DNA of 64,000 bases. Source: Parcubacteria group bacterium. GTDB taxonomy: Bacteria > Patescibacteriota > Minisyncoccia > Phycocordibacterales > 21-14-all-47-15. Positions 40,168 through 50,662 of this stretch are shown piece after piece. Location of the stretch: the NCBI GenBank assembly GCA_016181845.1, contig JACOYO010000002.1, forward strand, positions 20,780 to 84,779. The letters run 5' to 3'. The stretch's first letter is position 1. Every line of letters starts with the position of its first letter. The translations under genes and the position numbers were made by a program. The notes below the pieces were generated by a model. It saw only the letters and a program-made list of their open reading frames with translations, did no database searches and had not been told where the DNA came from.

Positions 40168-40175
40168 ATTAGCAG

Positions 40176-40359
40176 AAGTCGGATATCGGATGTCCGACTT
40201 TAGCGGGTGAACAAAAAGGCGATGTTAAACCCCCGGCTTTTTTGTATCTCGCAATTCAAAGTATCCCAGTATATTATACTGGGAATAGTAGTTTCATACG
40301 ATATATAGTATGAAAATTAAAATTAAATAATTTGTAACCAATTTTTCGCTATAGCGAAA
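40176..40359. repeat. second cluster of unrelated short palindromes
   Basis: 40176-40200, family B-like end 40249-40264, 40264-40284, 40292-40315, 40344-40359. Confidence 0.7.
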
Positions 40360-40574
40360 GTTGTGTGATGGGTACATTTTTCATATTTTTATACCGAAAA
40401 ATATACCAGTGGTAAAATTGTAAAAATTATTTCGGCTGAGTTGAGGGCGAAATTATAATAACCAATTCTTATTTCGCCAGTTGCGAAGACGAAACACAGG
40501 TTCAATACCCATGAGGTTTGCTCCAAGGAACATCTATTTTTTCAAGTTTTTTCTTTTATGCTATCATCAGCAAA

Positions 40575-42533
40575 ATGGAGCATCTCAAAACGCTGAATGA
40601 AGCGCAAAAAACTGCCGTACTTCACACGGATGGACCGCTTTTGATTATCGCGGGGGCGGGCGCCGGAAAAACAAAAACCATCACCTGCCGCATCGCGCAT
40701 TTGATAAAAAAAGGCGTGCCGCCGGAGCGGATTCTTGCTGTTACATTCACCAACAAAGCGGCAAAAGAAATGAGAGAACGCGTCGCAGTACTTTTGGGCA
40801 GGAAAGTTCCATACACGCCTTTTTTTTCAGATTCAGGGACCCCGCTCGTAAGCACGTTTCACTCGCTCGGAGTGCAGATGTTGCGCGAGAGCGGTCACGC
40901 GCTCGGTATAAAAAAACAATTTAGCGTTTTTGACGACGGCGACTCTATTTCAGCGATAAAAGAAGCGTTGAAACGCGCCGAGCTTGACCCGAAACAGTTT
41001 GAACCGCGCCGGATGAAAAACGCGATTTCGCGATATAAAGAAGAAGGACTATCCTATGCGAAGTTTGCAGAACAAGTTGGCAATGAATATTTTCCGCGCA
41101 TGGTGGAGAAAGTGTGGCACGAGTATGACGCGATTTTGAAAAAAGAACACGCGCTTGATTTTGATGACCTGCTTCTGCAGACGCTACTTTTGTTGCGCGA
41201 GCACGCGGATGTTCGCGAAGCGTATCAAAGACGCTGGCAGTATGTTCATATTGATGAATATCAGGACACAAACGCGATTCAGTATGAAATTTCACGCTTG
41301 CTTGCGGGAGAGCGCAAGAATATCTGTGTTGTCGGCGATTTGGACCAATCAATTTATTCATGGCGAGGCGCGGACTTCAGAAACATTTTGAATTTTGAAA
41401 AAGAGTATCCGGATGCAAAAATTGTTATGCTTGAACAAAATTACCGTTCTACCAAGACGATTCTTGCCGCGGCAAACGATGTGATAACACAGAACAAATT
41501 GCGCAAGGAAAAGAAATTATTCACTGATAACAAAGACGGAGAAAAAATCGCGCTGTATGCTGGCTACGATGAAAACGACGAAGCGCGTTTTGTCGCGAAC
41601 AAAGCGTCGGCGCTTATTGCTTCCGGCATCTCGCCAAGTGATATTGCGGTTCTCTATCGTGCCAACTTTCAGTCGCGCGCGATTGAAGAGGCGATGATTT
41701 TGCTCGCGGTGCCGTATCAGGTGCTTGGTGTCCGCTTTTTTGAGCGCAGAGAGGTGAAAGACGTGCTTTCGTTTTTGCGCCTTGCTCTTAACCCGGAAAG
41801 CGTCGCCGACCTTGCGCGGATTATCAATGTGCCGCCGCGTGGGATTGGCAAAGTGACGCTTGGAAAGGTGGTTGTCGGAAAAGAAAATGAACTGCCCGCG
41901 GCGACGCGCGCAAAAGTTGGCGCGTTTAGAAAACTCATGGAACATATCCGCGGGGAAATCCCGAAATTAAAAACATCGGAATTGATAAAATATATTGTGC
42001 AAAAAAGCGGTCTTGAAGCGGCTTTGAAAAACGGTTCCGACGACGACAAAGAGCGCCTCATGAACATGATGGAGCTCGCCGCGTTTGCCATAAAATATGA
42101 CACGCTTCCGACAGAAGAGGGGGCGCAAACCATTCTCTCTGACGCGGCGCTCGCGAGCGACCAAGACTCTTTGGACGACAAGACACAAAAAAAAGAAGGG
42201 GTAAAATTAATGACCGTGCACGCGTCAAAAGGGCTTGAATTTGAATATGTGTTTATCACCGGACTTGAGCAGGATTTGTTTCCGCATGTAAACTTGGGGA
42301 ATCCGGAATCAAACGACGAACGCTACGAAGAAGAGCGGCGTCTTTTTTATGTGGCTCTCACTCGCGCGAAAGAAAAATTATTTTTATCGTATGCCTCCAC
42401 GCGGACTATCTTTGGCTCAAAGCAAATGAACATTCCGTCTGATTTTTTGAACGACATTGATTCGGCGCACCTTGAACTGATTGACGGCGAAGAAATGGAT
42501 GCTCCTCGGGATTTATTTGAGACTATTGAGTAG
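40575..42533 (+). CDS. pcrA: UvrD/PcrA ATP-dependent DNA helicase
   Basis: AGAGAGKT, TFTNKAA, DEYQDTN, LEQNYRS, TVHASKGLEF, EERRLFYVALTRA. Confidence 0.96.
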   Translation: MEHLKTLNEAQKTAVLHTDGPLLIIAGAGAGKTKTITCRIAHLIKKGVPPERILAVTFTNKAAKEMRERVAVLLGRKVPYTPFFSDSGTPLVSTFHSLGVQMLRESGHALGIKKQFSVFDDGDSISAIKEALKRAELDPKQFEPRRMKNAISRYKEEGLSYAKFAEQVGNEYFPRMVEKVWHEYDAILKKEHALDFDDLLLQTLLLLREHADVREAYQRRWQYVHIDEYQDTNAIQYEISRLLAGERKNICVVGDLDQSIYSWRGADFRNILNFEKEYPDAKIVMLEQNYRSTKTILAAANDVITQNKLRKEKKLFTDNKDGEKIALYAGYDENDEARFVANKASALIASGISPSDIAVLYRANFQSRAIEEAMILLAVPYQVLGVRFFERREVKDVLSFLRLALNPESVADLARIINVPPRGIGKVTLGKVVVGKENELPAATRAKVGAFRKLMEHIRGEIPKLKTSELIKYIVQKSGLEAALKNGSDDDKERLMNMMELAAFAIKYDTLPTEEGAQTILSDAALASDQDSLDDKTQKKEGVKLMTVHASKGLEFEYVFITGLEQDLFPHVNLGNPESNDERYEEERRLFYVALTRAKEKLFLSYASTRTIFGSKQMNIPSDFLNDIDSAHLELIDGEEMDAPRDLFETIE

Positions 42534-42811
42534 CCACGCGCAGAAATGGCGCCGCATAAAAAAACCGACCGCGGAGACGGTCGGCAGTGCGTGCCAAGAA
42601 ATGTTTGGTTACTCGGTTTCTTCATTGGCTTCTTTTTTTATTTCTCCGAACATCTTTGCCGCCGTTTCCGCGTCTATCTTTTCTTGAGCGCTTTCCGGCG
42701 AAAGCATGTCGGCTGTTTTCTCTTTCTCTTTTACTTTTATTTTTTGCATTTTTCCTCCAATTTATACAAGCGGCGTTTTTTTAGAGTAGCATTATAAGAC
42801 GCCCATGTCAA

Positions 42812-43333
42812 TTATTTTAGTGTCTGTGTCGTTTTGGTTTTTATAATATCGGCAATCGCTTGCGCCGATCGGGAAAGAATTTCTCCATAAGCGTCTTTTT
42901 CTTCGTTGGGGTCTATGCCACCAGGTGGAACTCTAATGAGCACATTGGCTTTGTAATCATCTTTGTCTCCGGTAGTTACGTCTAAAGTTACCAAAATTAG
43001 TTGTCCGTTTGGCGCTTCGTATTCAAAAAACGCATCAATCCCGTGATGAAAATCAAGGGATGTTTTTTTGTGAGGGGAGCGAGAAACAGCGGTATAAAAT
43101 TTGAGAGTTTTATAATCTAGAATACCGAGAAGCTCCGCGACGCTGGCGTGAAGGTCGTTGGCAAACCGCGGGTCAGGGTCGCTCGGGTCCTCAAATGGTT
43201 GCGTTTTTTTTACCACAGCGACGGCGTTTCTAAACTTTTCATATACAAGCGGTTGCGGATTAATCTCAACGCTTCCAAAAAGCTCGTGTTCCACAATTCC
43301 ACCGGTTGCACCTTGATAGCGCTCATAATTCAT
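42812..43333 (-). CDS. hypothetical protein, possibly PD-(D/E)XK-like fold
   Basis: LDFHHGIDAFF...VTLDVT pattern; fold call is tentative. Confidence 0.5.
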   Translation of the reverse strand: MNYERYQGATGGIVEHELFGSVEINPQPLVYEKFRNAVAVVKKTQPFEDPSDPDPRFANDLHASVAELLGILDYKTLKFYTAVSRSPHKKTSLDFHHGIDAFFEYEAPNGQLILVTLDVTTGDKDDYKANVLIRVPPGGIDPNEEKDAYGEILSRSAQAIADIIKTKTTQTLK

Positions 43334-43455
43334 GACTAAATCGTAGCATAAAAAATTATCTTGCATAGACTGCGTTATAAGGTAGTGTGGCTGGACTTTT
43401 TTATTCTGTGTGATATATTATAAAAAACTCAAAACCCCAAAGGAGGGAATGTACC

Positions 43456-43938
43456 GTGAAAACAAAAAAAGAGAGTATGATCGCCGTGGCTTTTTGCAGT
43501 TTGTTAATCTTATTTTGGTTTTTGGCGCCAAACGCAGTTGCGTTGGTGCATACGCCCATGATGCACGACGCGCATGGACACTCTAACCATTTGTCGCCCC
43601 AAAAATCGCCGCCAAAATCGGATGTCGTTCCTGCCCAGGGCGATATGTTTGACGCGGCGAAGGCGCTTGCGGATTTGGACAAAAAGTATCTAGCCGCCCA
43701 AAACGAAGAAGAGAAAGATTTATTGAGACAAAAAATCGCCCGCACCGCTCTAGTGAGCGGGAGGAGCGGAAAAATTTTGTCTCAAAAAGACGGGCGAGTC
43801 GTGAATGGGCGCGTTGGCCATGCGGATGACCCGAATTATTGGATTATCAACGCAAGGTCAGACGGACATCAAGTCACTTGCGCAATTATTTCTCGTGACG
43901 GGAGAGAAAAATCTGAATTTTCTTTTTTTCTTCATTAA
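43456..43938 (+). CDS. hypothetical secreted protein
   Basis: AGGAGG upstream, signal-like N-terminus, downstream hairpin. Confidence 0.6.
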   Translation: MKTKKESMIAVAFCSLLILFWFLAPNAVALVHTPMMHDAHGHSNHLSPQKSPPKSDVVPAQGDMFDAAKALADLDKKYLAAQNEEEKDLLRQKIARTALVSGRSGKILSQKDGRVVNGRVGHADDPNYWIINARSDGHQVTCAIISRDGREKSEFSFFLH

Positions 43939-44019
43939 GAGTCCGGGAGCCAGTCTGAACATACAGAGTCAAAGAGCGCCGCTTCTAGCGCGCGCTCTTT
44001 TTTATTGTATGATAGTCGT

Positions 44020-44868
44020 ATGAAGCCGAAGAAATCATTAGGACAACATTTTCTGAACTCGCCGGAGACGGTGCGAAAAATTATTGAAATCGCGGAACTT
44101 TCGCTGGACGATATCGTGCTTGAAGTGGGACCCGGCAGAGGAGGGCTGACCAAAGCGCTCTTGGAGCGCGCCGGAAAAGTTATTGCTGTGGAAAAAGACC
44201 GTGAACTAAAACCATTTCTTGAAAATCTGTTTCAGGAAGAAATAAAAAAAGGAACGCTCGAGCTTGTGTTCGGCGATATATTGCAATTTACAAAGGAGGA
44301 ACCTTTGTACAAAGGTTCCTCCTTTGTAAATTGTGGGAAAAACTATAAGATTGTGGCGAATATCCCGTATTATATTACCGGCGAATTGCTCCGGCTTTTT
44401 TTGTCCGGAGATTTTCAGCCGAAAAGTATGACCCTTCTTGTGCAAAAAGAAGTCGCGGAGCGTATTGTGGCGCGTGATGGCAAAGAAAGCATTCTCTCAA
44501 TAAGTGTTAAAGCGTATGGTGTGCCGACATATATTCAAACGGTATCGGCGCGCGATTTTTTGCCGCCCCCCAAAGTAGATTCGGCGATTTTGCACATTGA
44601 TGCGATTTCTAAAGATTTTTTTACTTTGCCGACTTGGAAACCCGACGTCCAAGTTGAAGAGGAATTTTTCAAATTGGTAAAAACCGGCTTTGCTCATAAG
44701 CGAAAATTGCTTATCGGTAACTTAAAAAACCCTTATAAATACAAAGGTTCCTCCTTTGTAGTACAAGCGTTAGAAAAATGCTCAATTCCTCAAAACGCTC
44801 GCGCGGAAAATGTCTCGCTTGATGGGTGGAAATGTCTTTTACGGAGAATTATGACTCAGGAATTATGA
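44020..44868 (+). CDS. rsmA: 16S rRNA dimethyltransferase RsmA/KsgA carrying in-frame palindromic insertions
   Basis: KKSLGQHFL, LEVGPGRG, VANIPYYIT, QKEVAERI, PPPKVDSA, RAE. Confidence 0.96.
   Translation: MKPKKSLGQHFLNSPETVRKIIEIAELSLDDIVLEVGPGRGGLTKALLERAGKVIAVEKDRELKPFLENLFQEEIKKGTLELVFGDILQFTKEEPLYKGSSFVNCGKNYKIVANIPYYITGELLRLFLSGDFQPKSMTLLVQKEVAERIVARDGKESILSISVKAYGVPTYIQTVSARDFLPPPKVDSAILHIDAISKDFFTLPTWKPDVQVEEEFFKLVKTGFAHKRKLLIGNLKNPYKYKGSSFVVQALEKCSIPQNARAENVSLDGWKCLLRRIMTQEL
44284..44333. repeat. perfect 50-bp palindrome inside rsmA
   Basis: CAATTTACAAAGGAGGAACCTTTGT|ACAAAGGTTCCTCCTTTGTAAATTG. Confidence 0.95.
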
Positions 44869-45068
44869 ATATAAAAAAGCGCAAAAACCAAAAGAAATTC
44901 ACTTGGAAGCGAAGCTTCCAAGTAAGAGTAAGATAGAAGAGAAATTTTTTGATTCTACAAAGGGTAGCCCTTTGTAGAATTCAATAGATATACACACATT
45001 TGGTACTTTGCCTTTTTGTAACGTGATATACTGTAAGGGTAGAATTAGGAGGATTCTAACTTTTTACT

Positions 45069-46055
45069 TTGAACTATTTTCCCAGCAAAAAGATTTTAAT
45101 GTTATTAGCGGTCCTGGCGCTTGGCGGCGGATTGTGGGGGTTTATGTCGTCTCGCACCGAATCAAACAAACTGCCCGGAACACTCGTATTTACCAATAGC
45201 GGCGCCGCGCAAGCACCACTCCGTGGCATCACGCAAAAAGACAGCGATACCGACGGTCTTTTTGATTGGGAGGAGATGCTTTGGAAGACAGACCCCAACA
45301 ATCCCGATACTGACGGTGACGGTACAAACGACGGCGACGAAATTAAACTAAAACGAAATCCTTTGAAGCCAGGGCCAGACGATGCTTTGCCGGACGATTT
45401 TTTACATCAACAAACTCAAACAAACGAGCCGGACGAGAAATTGACGCAAACCCAGCTTCTTACGCGCGATTTTATCAGCACCTATCTCAAACTCAAACAA
45501 ACGGACCAATTTACGCCTGAAAATCAGGAGAAGCTCGTTAGTAGTTTTATGGAAGAAGCGCTCTCGCGCGCTCAAACAACAGAAAACCCCGCGCGTTCTT
45601 TAGAGGAACTCACGATTGAAGATGAGGCCGGTATCATTCCGATAAGCCAATATGCGCAAGCATTGGAATCTGCTTTAGGAAAAAATTTCTCTTACTCATT
45701 TTTTGGGCAGGAGCTTATACTGCTCAAAAATATTTTGGAGAAAAAAGATTCGCGCACGATAGCCGTATTTGGTGAAGCGGAAAAAGCATACCGAAATCTT
45801 GCGGACGAACTGCTCAAGACGCGCGTGCCGCGTGAGATAGCAGTGTCTCATATCGCGCTTATCAACAGCGCGCTCGTGATTGCAAAAAGTTTTTCCGACA
45901 TAATGCTCCTCCCGACAGACCCGCTCCAGGCACTTACCGGCGTGAAAAGATATGATGAAGAATTGGTCAATTTTGGAAAATATTTGAGCGATATTTCATC
46001 TTACATTCTGCGGGTGACAAACGAAGCAGAAAATAAACTAAAAACTAAAAACTAA
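45069..46055 (+). CDS. membrane-anchored protein with DxDxDG calcium-binding (thrombospondin type 3-like) repeats
   Basis: DSDTDGLFDWEE...DPNNPDTDGDGTNDGDE. Confidence 0.75.
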   Translation: MNYFPSKKILMLLAVLALGGGLWGFMSSRTESNKLPGTLVFTNSGAAQAPLRGITQKDSDTDGLFDWEEMLWKTDPNNPDTDGDGTNDGDEIKLKRNPLKPGPDDALPDDFLHQQTQTNEPDEKLTQTQLLTRDFISTYLKLKQTDQFTPENQEKLVSSFMEEALSRAQTTENPARSLEELTIEDEAGIIPISQYAQALESALGKNFSYSFFGQELILLKNILEKKDSRTIAVFGEAEKAYRNLADELLKTRVPREIAVSHIALINSALVIAKSFSDIMLLPTDPLQALTGVKRYDEELVNFGKYLSDISSYILRVTNEAENKLKTKN

Positions 46056-46137
46056 AAATGAAAAACAACAATGCAAAACTAAAAACTTTAAATTTTAAGT
46101 TGTTGTTTTTCATTTTTCGTTTTTAAGTTTACATTTT
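46037..46137. mobile_element. ORF-less inverted-repeat element related to the flanks of the four-helix-bundle gene
   Basis: IR 46054-46071 / 46100-46117; 46087-46132 matches 51061-51106 at 42/46 nt. Confidence 0.7.
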
Positions 46138-48063
46138 ATGTTTTCTTACCTTCAGAAAAAAATCATTGCGGCAATGCTTGTGGTGGCGATTATATCTCCA
46201 GCGGTGCTTTTAATACAGCCGAAAAAAGCGGAAGCGGCGTGCGGATTTGGTGGCGGAGGGGGTGGAGGCACGCCCGAAACAAATCCAAATATACAGGGAC
46301 CAGTAGACACAAGCGGCATGATTCAGGCTATGCGTCAAATCAAGCCCCGACTTGCTATTCAACGACTTATCGAAGACACACCCCTTGCGGTGAGCGTGTC
46401 AACTAATATTTTTAAATCAGGAGGAGCGTCAACTATTTCCATTCCTCAAACCAGTTTTGACGCAAACGCGCTTGATGGCGGCGCTACATTGGCTCTTGTG
46501 GTAAGCGAACCTGTTTTGCAAGCTATTAATATTGCGCAGAAAGCAATAGAGTGCATTACCTCCATCGCGAGTTCAATAACATCATTTGCGACCGATTCGC
46601 TGGCAATAAAAGAAACCGTGCTTGACGGCATCGCGTACGCAATCATCAATCAAATCATTGCCGATATGTTAAATGATATTCAGCGTTGGGCGATTACCGG
46701 CTTCAAAGGAAACCCTGTATTTTTAACCAACCCTGAACGGTACTTCACCAATTTAGCGGACCAAGTGCTTGGCGTATTTTTAAATAAGCTTGCCGGCGTC
46801 AACTTGTGCAATATCAGATGGAACGCGCTGATTGAAATTTCTCTTAGCATTGATTTGGGATACCAACAGCGTGCGCAATGCACTTTTTCTGAAATAGGCG
46901 CGAATTTTGACCGGTTTATAAATGATTTTTCCCAAGGCGGATGGGGCGCATGGATTAAACTCACCACCGAAACGCAAAATAATCCCTATGGCGCTTATAT
47001 TCTCGCGACAGAAGAACTTGCAAAGCAAACCGGCACGGTCCCGGGCGGACTTCTCGGCAAAAAACTGCTTGAGCTTCAATGGGGCAAGGGCATCATATCT
47101 CTGACGAAGTGTACATACGGAGAAATTTCTCAAAATGATGTGGATTCTGGGTATATCAATGAAAATCTTCCGGCGCTTGATAAATCAACTATTGGAATGT
47201 GTAAAGACGCGCGGGGTAATCCTGACCCCAACGCTACCTCTAACACCACGCCCGGAAATATCATTGAAGATTCCATAAACAAAACACTTGGAGCAACGAC
47301 CGATCGTATTGTGGCGGCTGATGAAATCAACGAGACCATGGCGGCTCTTTTATACGGACTTTTGGTCAAGACATTTTCTTCAAATGAAGGTTTTGCCGGC
47401 GCCGACTGGAGCGGCATATCGTCGCAGATTGGCAGTGGGGCGAGCAATAAAGCGTTTGCCGACGTAAAAAGCGAGATTTTCGCGCGCGTGGATTCGTTTA
47501 CCATAAGCGAGACAGAATTCAAGAAACAAAAAGAACGAGCGCTCGGCGTTTTGAAAGAAAGCGAAAAAGCGTTGAATGAAGTCGCCGCGTGCTACATAGA
47601 CCAAATTACACTCTACAAACAATACCTTGACCCCGCGAATACCCGCCTGCTTTCTATCGGCTCCGGCAATCCATTTTTGCAGTTTGTGCAGGCGGAAGCC
47701 GAACAAAAAATACAGCAGAGCCGCGATACGCTTGCGCAAAAAATAACTCCGCGCGTGGCGCCGCTCCAAAATAGCGTCACGCAATCAAACGTATTTCTTT
47801 ATGAAATAGAGCAGACGCGCGCGACGATTGTTTCAGCAGATACATTTAACAAACTGGATGAAAAGACCAAGATATTTTTTGAGACGCGCGACCGATGGGA
47901 CGACCCGCTTGAAGCGGCGGCGGCGGAAAATGAAGCGGACTCCATCAAAACCGAGATTGAACCGATTACCGCGCAGGCAAAAGCAGATTTGCCGCCATGT
48001 CAAACAACTCGCCAGCAGATGCGCGACTTTTTCAAGATAAACGACATACAGCCCGCGGCGTGA
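46138..48063 (+). CDS. large secreted/membrane hypothetical protein of the T4SS-like locus
   Basis: Signal peptide ending AEA; GFKGNPVF, FSQGGW, NNPYG, TPG motifs; coiled-coil C-terminus. Confidence 0.7.
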   Translation: MFSYLQKKIIAAMLVVAIISPAVLLIQPKKAEAACGFGGGGGGGTPETNPNIQGPVDTSGMIQAMRQIKPRLAIQRLIEDTPLAVSVSTNIFKSGGASTISIPQTSFDANALDGGATLALVVSEPVLQAINIAQKAIECITSIASSITSFATDSLAIKETVLDGIAYAIINQIIADMLNDIQRWAITGFKGNPVFLTNPERYFTNLADQVLGVFLNKLAGVNLCNIRWNALIEISLSIDLGYQQRAQCTFSEIGANFDRFINDFSQGGWGAWIKLTTETQNNPYGAYILATEELAKQTGTVPGGLLGKKLLELQWGKGIISLTKCTYGEISQNDVDSGYINENLPALDKSTIGMCKDARGNPDPNATSNTTPGNIIEDSINKTLGATTDRIVAADEINETMAALLYGLLVKTFSSNEGFAGADWSGISSQIGSGASNKAFADVKSEIFARVDSFTISETEFKKQKERALGVLKESEKALNEVAACYIDQITLYKQYLDPANTRLLSIGSGNPFLQFVQAEAEQKIQQSRDTLAQKITPRVAPLQNSVTQSNVFLYEIEQTRATIVSADTFNKLDEKTKIFFETRDRWDDPLEAAAAENEADSIKTEIEPITAQAKADLPPCQTTRQQMRDFFKINDIQPAA

Positions 48064-48065
48064 TT

Positions 48066-48144
48066 AGACGTCCGACCTCTGAATTGGTAAAAAATCGGCA
48101 TTAGCCGCAAATAAAGTAATTACCACATCAGAGGTCGAACGTCT
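48066..48144. mobile_element. family A element copy 5
   Basis: 79 bp with the same TIRs (one mismatch); sits between a stop and a start inside an operon. Confidence 0.88.
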
Positions 48145-48163
48145 TAAAAAACAATATATTACC

Positions 48164-50038
48164 ATGAAGAAATTTATTATCACCATAATGCTCATCAGTG
48201 TCCTCGGAGGGATATTTTCTCCGTCGGTTGTTCGGGCGGGTCCTCTAGACGCTGTTGTCGAAGCCACTACAGGGTCTTTTATAAATGACGCGATGATAAA
48301 TCTTGCTGATAAATGGCTTTCGCTCATGGCGCGCGGGCTATATCTTTCCGGAGCATTGCTCGATGCGTCCATTGATTTTTCTCTCAACAAACTCAAAGAA
48401 TATACCAAGGGTTCGGTAAGCAAAGCATGGGCGGCGGGACGCGATATTGCCAATATCTTTTTTATATTCATTTTGCTCTACATTGCCATCGCGACTATTT
48501 TGCAGATTGAAGGATTCGGTACCAAATCGCTTTTAGTCAGAGTGGTGCTTGTCGCGCTTTTGGTAAATTTCAGCTTGGTGATTACCCAGGTGGTGATAGA
48601 TGCCTCAAATGTGCTTGCCGTTGCGCTGTTTGAAAATATTAAAGGCGGCAATAGCGATGTGTCAATTGCCTTTATGAGGGGATTGCGACTGGAATCATTG
48701 TACGATATAGGAAAAAAAGGAACAGATGTTGCCTTTTCCTTTACGCCCGCGCAAATGTTGACAGTCATGGTATTCGGTTCGCTCTTCATTTTAGTTGCCT
48801 CGTTTGTCTTTCTTGCCGCCGCCGTTTTGTTTGTTACGCGGAGCGTCGTTCTCATTTTCTTGATGATCCTTTCTCCGCTTGCTTTTTTGGCATGGGTACT
48901 GCCCGGCACATCAGGATATGCTCAAAAATGGTGGGAGACGCTTCTTCACCAGTCGTTTTTCGCGCCGGCGTATCTTTTTGTGATTACCGCTGTGCTCTTG
49001 GTACTGCAAGGCAATGCACAAGGAGGGGTTGAAGCGGTGACCAAAGGCAAAGTTTTGGACACTAGCGGAAATACTTTTGTGGGAGCATTGATTAGTTCAA
49101 ATAAGGATAGTTTTGGCATTATTCTTAACTTTGCCATTCTGATTGGGATGATACTCGCGGCGCTTATCGTCGCAAAAAGCATGGGGGCGTACGGCGCCGA
49201 AACAGTGATAAAATGGGGGCACAACGCGCGGAAATGGGGGCAGGGAGCCGTCGGCAGAAATACGGTCGGGCGTTTGGCAAGCATAATGGCAGAATCCGGC
49301 GCAATGAAAGGTATTGCGGCAAAAGCTCCTCGCCTCGGCAGTTTGATGTACGGCACGCTTGATGCCGCCAGCGGTTATGGTTTTGGCGGCGCGGCCGGAG
49401 GTTATCGCGGCGCCGTTGAGAGAGAAGCAAAACGCCGTGTTGCCATTGGCAAGAGAATTGCCGGCGGAGAAGGAGGAAAAGAGCGACTGCAAGCATACAA
49501 GGAGAATCTTGAGAAAAAACCACTTATATCTCGCGTGGCGTCGGGGGCAATCGCCGGAACGATGTTTGCTCCTGGCGTTGGAACGGTTGTTGGCGGCGCT
49601 GTTGCAGGGCTCGGCGCTATGATGCCGCGGCGAGAAGGAGAAAAAATGGCGGTCAAGAAATTAAATGAATATCAGGCGATGGAAGACAAATTAAGTCGTA
49701 GAATGGAGCAGGATATGACCACCCTGCAAGCAAGCGCCGGTCTTTCGCCCGGTGATTTACAGGGACTTGATAAAGATAAGCAAATTGAAAAACTTGGTTC
49801 AGCTGTTGAGGCAACGATAGACAAACTAAATAAAGAATTGCAAAATCTTTCTTTACAGCTACAAACAAGCGGTCCAACTGAAACGTTAAATAAACAGATA
49901 CAGGCGACCAAGCAAGGCATACGAGATATACGAAATACCCAGAGAGATATTGAAAATTCACGAGATAAGCTTAATACGGCACAGAACTGGAGAGAAAAGA
50001 AAGAAGAGAAAAAAGAAGCAACAAGTAAAGAAAAATAA
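48164..50038 (+). CDS. VirB6/TrbL-like polytopic membrane protein
   Basis: W...RDIANIFFI, ALLVNFS..ITQVVID.SN, R.V.L..L.ILSPLAF..WVLP...WW; near VirB4. Confidence 0.75.
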   Translation: MKKFIITIMLISVLGGIFSPSVVRAGPLDAVVEATTGSFINDAMINLADKWLSLMARGLYLSGALLDASIDFSLNKLKEYTKGSVSKAWAAGRDIANIFFIFILLYIAIATILQIEGFGTKSLLVRVVLVALLVNFSLVITQVVIDASNVLAVALFENIKGGNSDVSIAFMRGLRLESLYDIGKKGTDVAFSFTPAQMLTVMVFGSLFILVASFVFLAAAVLFVTRSVVLIFLMILSPLAFLAWVLPGTSGYAQKWWETLLHQSFFAPAYLFVITAVLLVLQGNAQGGVEAVTKGKVLDTSGNTFVGALISSNKDSFGIILNFAILIGMILAALIVAKSMGAYGAETVIKWGHNARKWGQGAVGRNTVGRLASIMAESGAMKGIAAKAPRLGSLMYGTLDAASGYGFGGAAGGYRGAVEREAKRRVAIGKRIAGGEGGKERLQAYKENLEKKPLISRVASGAIAGTMFAPGVGTVVGGAVAGLGAMMPRREGEKMAVKKLNEYQAMEDKLSRRMEQDMTTLQASAGLSPGDLQGLDKDKQIEKLGSAVEATIDKLNKELQNLSLQLQTSGPTETLNKQIQATKQGIRDIRNTQRDIENSRDKLNTAQNWREKKEEKKEATSKEK

Positions 50039-50040
50039 TT

Positions 50041-50607
50041 ATGCCACAGTATACAAAAGAACAATTTGAAGAAAAATTTAACGCTCTTCCGAAAGATATA
50101 CAGGAGGCCATTGTTGCGTCCGATACCGAAAATACGATTAGAGGTATCGGGCAAAAATATCACCTGCATATTGACCAAATCGGAGAATTGATGGAAGCAA
50201 CCGATTTTGTGATGCTCGGCGTGTCGCCACCGAAAGAATATATCCGCGATTTATACCAACGATTTGAATCGGAAGATAAAGAAAAAGTGCGGCAAATCGC
50301 GCATGACGTAAATGAGCAGGTGTTTCAAAAAATCAAAGAGTCTCTCAAGCAGATTCATAATGTAGAAAATGAAACACAAAACATGAAACATGAAACACCA
50401 ATGACTGCGGAACCGCCAAGGACAACAGAATCAAAAGATGAAATAGTTGAAAAAATAGAATTCCCAGAAAAAGAAGAAAAGGATATCGTAAAAGAAAAAC
50501 TTCAGGCGATGAACGTTATGCCGAAAGCGGAATCGGAGTATGAAATGAAACCGGATGGAGGCAACAAGAAAAAATGGAGCGCCGACCCGTATCGCGAACC
50601 GATTTGA
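50041..50607 (+). CDS. conserved hypothetical protein ending DPYREPI
   Basis: LPKDIQEAI..IGQKYHLHIDQIGEL; operonic position. Confidence 0.7.
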   Translation: MPQYTKEQFEEKFNALPKDIQEAIVASDTENTIRGIGQKYHLHIDQIGELMEATDFVMLGVSPPKEYIRDLYQRFESEDKEKVRQIAHDVNEQVFQKIKESLKQIHNVENETQNMKHETPMTAEPPRTTESKDEIVEKIEFPEKEEKDIVKEKLQAMNVMPKAESEYEMKPDGGNKKKWSADPYREPI

Positions 50608-50662
50608 ATAGGCAAATCCTATTCAAATCGGTTCGCGAGAATCAAGAATCAAGTTAGTAAAA

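Noticed and set aside
42546-42808. Short ORFs between pcrA and the next gene
   Set aside because: Competing frames with no recognisable motif; none can be supported
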